Source of the DNA: Iphione sp. A-MEVVRFRX5 | Taxonomy: Eukaryota | DNA length: 64,000 bases | NCBI GenBank assembly: GCA_976226885.1 | Contig: OZ320314.1 | Coordinates: 97,154,001 to 97,218,000, forward strand | Direction of reading: 5' to 3' | Part shown: positions 59,192 through 64,000 of the stretch, piece by piece | Position numbering within the stretch: the stretch's first letter is position 1 | How the letters are laid out: every line of letters starts with the position of its first letter | Made by a program: the position numbers and the translations under genes | Notes under the pieces: model-generated | What the model was told of the DNA's origin: nothing | What the model saw: the letters and a program-made list of their open reading frames with translations, nothing else | Database searches by the model: none

Positions 59192-62100
59192 TAAAATGTT
59201 TGCAAACATAACCAAATAAAAAGTTCTAAATTTTCATTCCTTATTAACTAACTTTCAGTCATACAATGAGATATATATGAATTAATTTACATAAATACAT
59301 ACATTAGGTTACTATAGTGATAAGATTTAAGGATTATTTCAAATGTTTATGCTATGTAGAAATATGAAAATAGAATGCATCCTATCAAAAAACTGAAAAC
59401 ATTTCAAAAATATCTTTTTCAGGAACTGATTTTATGTAATTATTAGAATCTGAAATTAATTTATATACTTCACAGCATGTAGATGCTTTACGTTATAAAG
59501 TTTTAGAAATACATTAAGCAATAGTGAGCACTAATGAGACCTCAAAGCATTCTTTAATTTCCATGGGTTTGCATTGGAGTATCCCTTTTTCCTGGTTGGT
59601 CACAGTTAGTAGGTTTTAGGTAGGAAAGCGTAAGAAATAGGAGAAAAGCGATGGAAGCGATGAGAATTCGTGTCAGGTAAGAGCAACTTTTACAGAGGGG
59701 CCATGGTTAGGGCTTGCAGAAGGGACGAGAATACGGAACGGGAACAATTAGAATCAGGAATAGGAATTGGGAAGAACAAGGGTTAGAGTTGCCTTACATT
59801 TTGCCCGTCTTTGTGCCTCTCTTTCTCTCCAGGCCCAAATCAATCCCACAACTTTCTTGACTTTCCTTTGTGACGAGTTGTCGTTTAGCCGAGTTATGGT
59901 GCGGCCAAGATGTTACAGACCCAAGAAAGGTTATTCAATGGAACTCGAAGGTCGGTGACGATAAGAAGTGAACTCTCGATAATCACGTATTGACAAAGCC
60001 TAGAACTCAAACTGCTGGGTGAGGGAATGCACAGTGGAAGACTATGCATACGCGACGTTGCTGGAGCGCAATTATTCCCCCTAGTCCTGGAGGAGGCAGC
60101 TAAACCTCCGAAGGAATAGACGGAATGCGATCAGATTCCTTATACCTTGCTAAACATATCTGCATTACGGCGTCTAGAGAATGAGATGGATAGAGGAGGG
60201 GGCGAGTGTGCGGTCGAATGGAGCTGTATGTAGAAGATGAGCTTAGAGCTGGGGTGTATGGGTTATCATGGCGCCCAATTAAGTAAATAGTGTATAGTGA
60301 TGAGCAGCTGTAGAGGGATAAGAGGAGGATGACGTATCTGAAATAATGCAGCGGTTGACGTATCCAGGTTGACACAGCGCAAATGATGAGCGATGATGTG
60401 TATTGATTCACGTTACACGCGGCCAGACCAATATGTCTTTGTTTTAGCTTAAGGAATAGAGCAGGTGTACTGGCAGTATGGAATCTGAATCATTTTTATA
60501 TATAGCAGGAAAGCATTGACGGTGCCGACAAGATGAAAGCGCCACAAAGAAATGTAACTACCAAAGGTGCTAGACTAGACAGGATGCAATTAATTTTCTT
60601 TTTATATCCGGATTGACTTTGGAGGCATAATGCATGTAATACGTCCATCAGGCCAAGGCCAAGTCGATGTGGTGCATGGCAAGCGAGTGGAAGATTATTT
60701 TGCTTTCGTACCGAAAAGAGAGAGAGAATAGGTAAGACAAAATGGATAGGCTATATCCCATGTTCATGACAGGAAGCCGACGAAAGTGGAGAAGGGTCGA
60801 AAGCAGCCCGGCTCTCGGGTAGATTCTCCGTCTGGTGTAATCTCCAGTGGAAGCCAAGCATGCCATTCCAAGATGGCGATAACCAACATGATAGGCGGGG
60901 TAGGCCTGGCGGTGCCCCCTGGCGGGCAAAGCTCGAAGTCTGGCCGCTATAGACGGCTGTGGCCCGGTAGGGGGCGTACAGGGGCGACCACTCGCTGATG
61001 AGTACCGAGGAGTAGTAATGCTGTGTCCTGTGGAAATGTCAGGGTTACCGGTCCGACAAGATGTTTTCGTCGTCTGCGGCGCATCCTCTCCCGTCCTGCT
61101 CGGAGGAGGGACACCATTCGAGGACGCATTTTAAACTGATGGCGCCTCCTCTTCCAGGAATGATGGGTCACGTGTTGCAATTACTTACAAAAATAAAGTA
61201 ATCATATGTGTGCGCGCGTGTGTCGGGCTAGATGGTGGGAAGGCATAAACATCTGCAGGGATGGTCTTCTCGCAGTGATGTGTCCATTTATATACACACA
61301 TATACATATATACATGGATACTACCATCCATGGCGTCTTACAGCATAAAGGGAATCTGTGAAAGAAGGTGGAATAAGGAGGCCTAACGTACATTACACTG
61401 TATTGAAGATTTGATGTAAAGAATACATCAGAATGGTCGTAGTGTTGAGCAGCCTTTTTGTACTTTGTGGCCAGCCCTTAGTAATCGACTGATGTACAGC
61501 CGATAAAACTTTGGTGTTTTATCAGCACGCTTCCACACAATACTGTATATTGAAGCCAAGGGGATTGCCTCTAAACTATGTAGGAATAACAAGTGATTTC
61601 TCTCACCCTTTCCGTTCCCGTAATAACTGCCTAGAATGTATTCTATTCACGTACTCCAATAACCTAGGTAGGATCAGGAAGCTAACAATGGTCGTTTTGA
61701 CTGTGTGTTCCTTCGTTGAACCCGATATTTACCTGTCTATTCTAACCACGCTGTTGGAGTTGAGCATATGTACACGTACGTATGTATTTTAGACTCAAGG
61801 CAATTTCCCTCCTTAGGCCCCCTCCAATGTTACAATAAGACGTGACTATAATGTATTCTATTCACTATAGGTCATATGGACCTGGGAAGTGATAGCAGTA
61901 ACTACTTCTTTTATGTATTACATATATTCTCAGATATTTCATTTCATTTCATTTCACTGTATCTTTAACCAGGAACTAGATATTCTCTATCACATGACAG
62001 AGCTCTTCCATATCCTCCTGGGGTAGCATACTACCATCTATTGTCGAGAATTGAGAGACCAGAATACCCGGGGTTGCCCCCTACTCTTAATATAAAATTT

Positions 62101-64000
62101 GATATTAATGGTCTCCTTCCAGAGATGTATCTTCATATCATTATGATACTTCTCAGGTTGTGTGATCGCTATTACTTGATGCCCATGTAGGCCTTGTCCT
62201 TCCCTAGACCATTTTACCGCCCCATGTGTAAGGTGCTTCCTTGAGTTGAGAATCTTAAGTGTATTGTCAAGACAAAGAAATGGAGAAAATGCCACTAAAT
62301 AAATTTAAACTAAACTTTATGTTCGGTTCAAGCAACCCCCCCCCCCATCAAACACAAACACACACATGTACATATATACGCACAATTTACAAACCATTGT
62401 GTTGGGCTTTACCCACTATCATGACCAAGACAGATGAACACTATAGTACCTTTATTTGATTTTGACATTTTCCATCATTTTTTATGCATTATCCGCGCAG
62501 TGATAGAAACTCTATTCGGCATAAAAACGTTTCTACCCCTATGAAACGTCAAGTATCCAAGTGGGGGGTATGGCAGCTGTTTAGTACGCCATCGACCTAC
62601 TCCAGTACTTCATAACTAGAGGTTAACTCGAGGGGGGGGGCTATACAACCAGGCGCCATACTGCGCTTCAGATCCTGGGTAACAGGTGCTGTGGTGGATG
62701 GTTTTAAACACCATGATACCCATCCGATAGCCCACAGCAAGAGTCAAGTCTGATATACATGACACTGCACTACATGTCAGCCATAAATCTCTTGACAAAT
62801 ATATACACAGGTCCACCCGATGGAGAATGACTCGGATAAAGTCTGCTAATGACAAAGCACCATTTGTTTGCCCAGTTGTGTCCAGTGTATCGCCCTTCCG
62901 CCCTGAGTACACGTGGGTTTTTTCCCCCTATCGATTCGACCTGGATCAATTCTCTTCGGCCTATGTGGATGACCACGATGAAGCCCTCCCACTTTCCGCC
63001 CTCCCACTCCATAAAACCTGTTTCACCATCTACAAAACGCCCCACTAGTCTTAATTATAAACTGTATTTCGGCCCACTTGTCATCGGCAGGAGTTTATTG
63101 CACCTATTATTATTCATATTAATCCACCGGAAAGGACGAACAATTCTTATCACGCCGTTCCGCGAGGTCGACAATAAAATTATACTTGACAACCGGAGCC
63201 TGCAGCAATTTTGACGAGTGTCAACAACCTGGCCATAAATGCGCCCGGCTTAGTGAGTGACGAACGGGGCACCTTTGATAGCGAGGCGGTAGCCTAAGTT
63301 GAGCCAGGTAGATAAGGTGGACTTCAAACGGGATAAGGGGCCCTATCCCTGCTGATATAGCCAGGGCGCCACTGATACGTTGTGAGGATTAGTGATCCCT
63401 CCCACTTTAGCCCGTACCATTCAAGTACATGTGCATGAACTAGCCTTGCAGACAGGGATAAAGGGGCTGCGGACGTTGGTAGCATGGTTTCCACCACGTG
63501 TGCCCTCCCTGTACACTGGTAGGTCAATTACAACCCATTCAGTGGAGATCAACAGCTGTTCGATCGCTTGTACGCTTTTCAAGTGTAGTCAGCTGCAATT
63601 TCCAGTCCGTGTCCTGTCCAAGTCCAGTGCACTCTGTACGGGTGTGTGAAACTACTGGAACAGGTTATCCCCTGAACGTGTGTCGAGAGTAAAGATCTGA
63701 TATGATCATGGTACGTAATACATATACATTATTCCGTTACTAAAACTCAACTGGTTTTTAACTATTGCTACTTTCTGAGAATTGTAGACATCATGTCCAC
63801 TTCAAGTGACTCGCAGTCATCACAGTCTGGAAGTGATGTATAGGAGCAAAAAAAAAACAGACTAATGAATTCTTAATGTAGTCCCTAACCGGGTCAAACC
63901 GATACAAATTATGACGAGCCTAGACTACAGACCCACAGTTAAGGAACAATCAATCTGATTCATTTGAATAGACATGTGTGGAATTATTTAAACGAAAGAG

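Noticed and set aside
60648-61180. GC-rich overlapping ORFs upstream of DDR-B
   Set aside because: No recognisable domain or signal peptide with a phase-1 donor; more consistent with a regulatory patch (CTCF- and YY1-like motifs).

Overview
Eukaryotic (animal, probably invertebrate bilaterian) genomic DNA. It has no prokaryotic features, and most short ORFs in the supplied track are noise. The window holds two paralogous discoidin domain receptor tyrosine kinase (DDR-like) genes in tail-to-tail orientation. DDR-A is on the + strand with 11 coding exons at 12896-31845. DDR-B is on the - strand with 12 coding exons at 48800-36338. I reconstructed both exon by exon from GT-AG boundaries. Intron positions and phases are identical, 8 of the 11 shared exons have identical lengths, and both kinases look catalytically intact. 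The signal-peptide exons were not found, and DDR-A's first DS-domain exon is probably upstream of the window. The paralogs differ mainly in their juxtamembrane regions. DDR-B carries an internal in-frame G|GTAAAC donor at the position where DDR-A's exon ends, which predicts an alternatively spliced 61-aa cytoplasmic insert. DDR-B also has a longer Ser/Gly/Thr-rich stalk and a decayed tandem array of copies of one exon end plus splice donor. Non-coding sequence contains TA-flanked MITEs (one with three internal tandem arrays of 31, 63 and 21 bp), a 60-bp minisatellite, microsatellites, a probable tRNA-derived SINE head and motif-rich GC patches. I found no evidence for a wholly new multi-gene system. 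The best leads concern paralog and isoform diversification of DDR.
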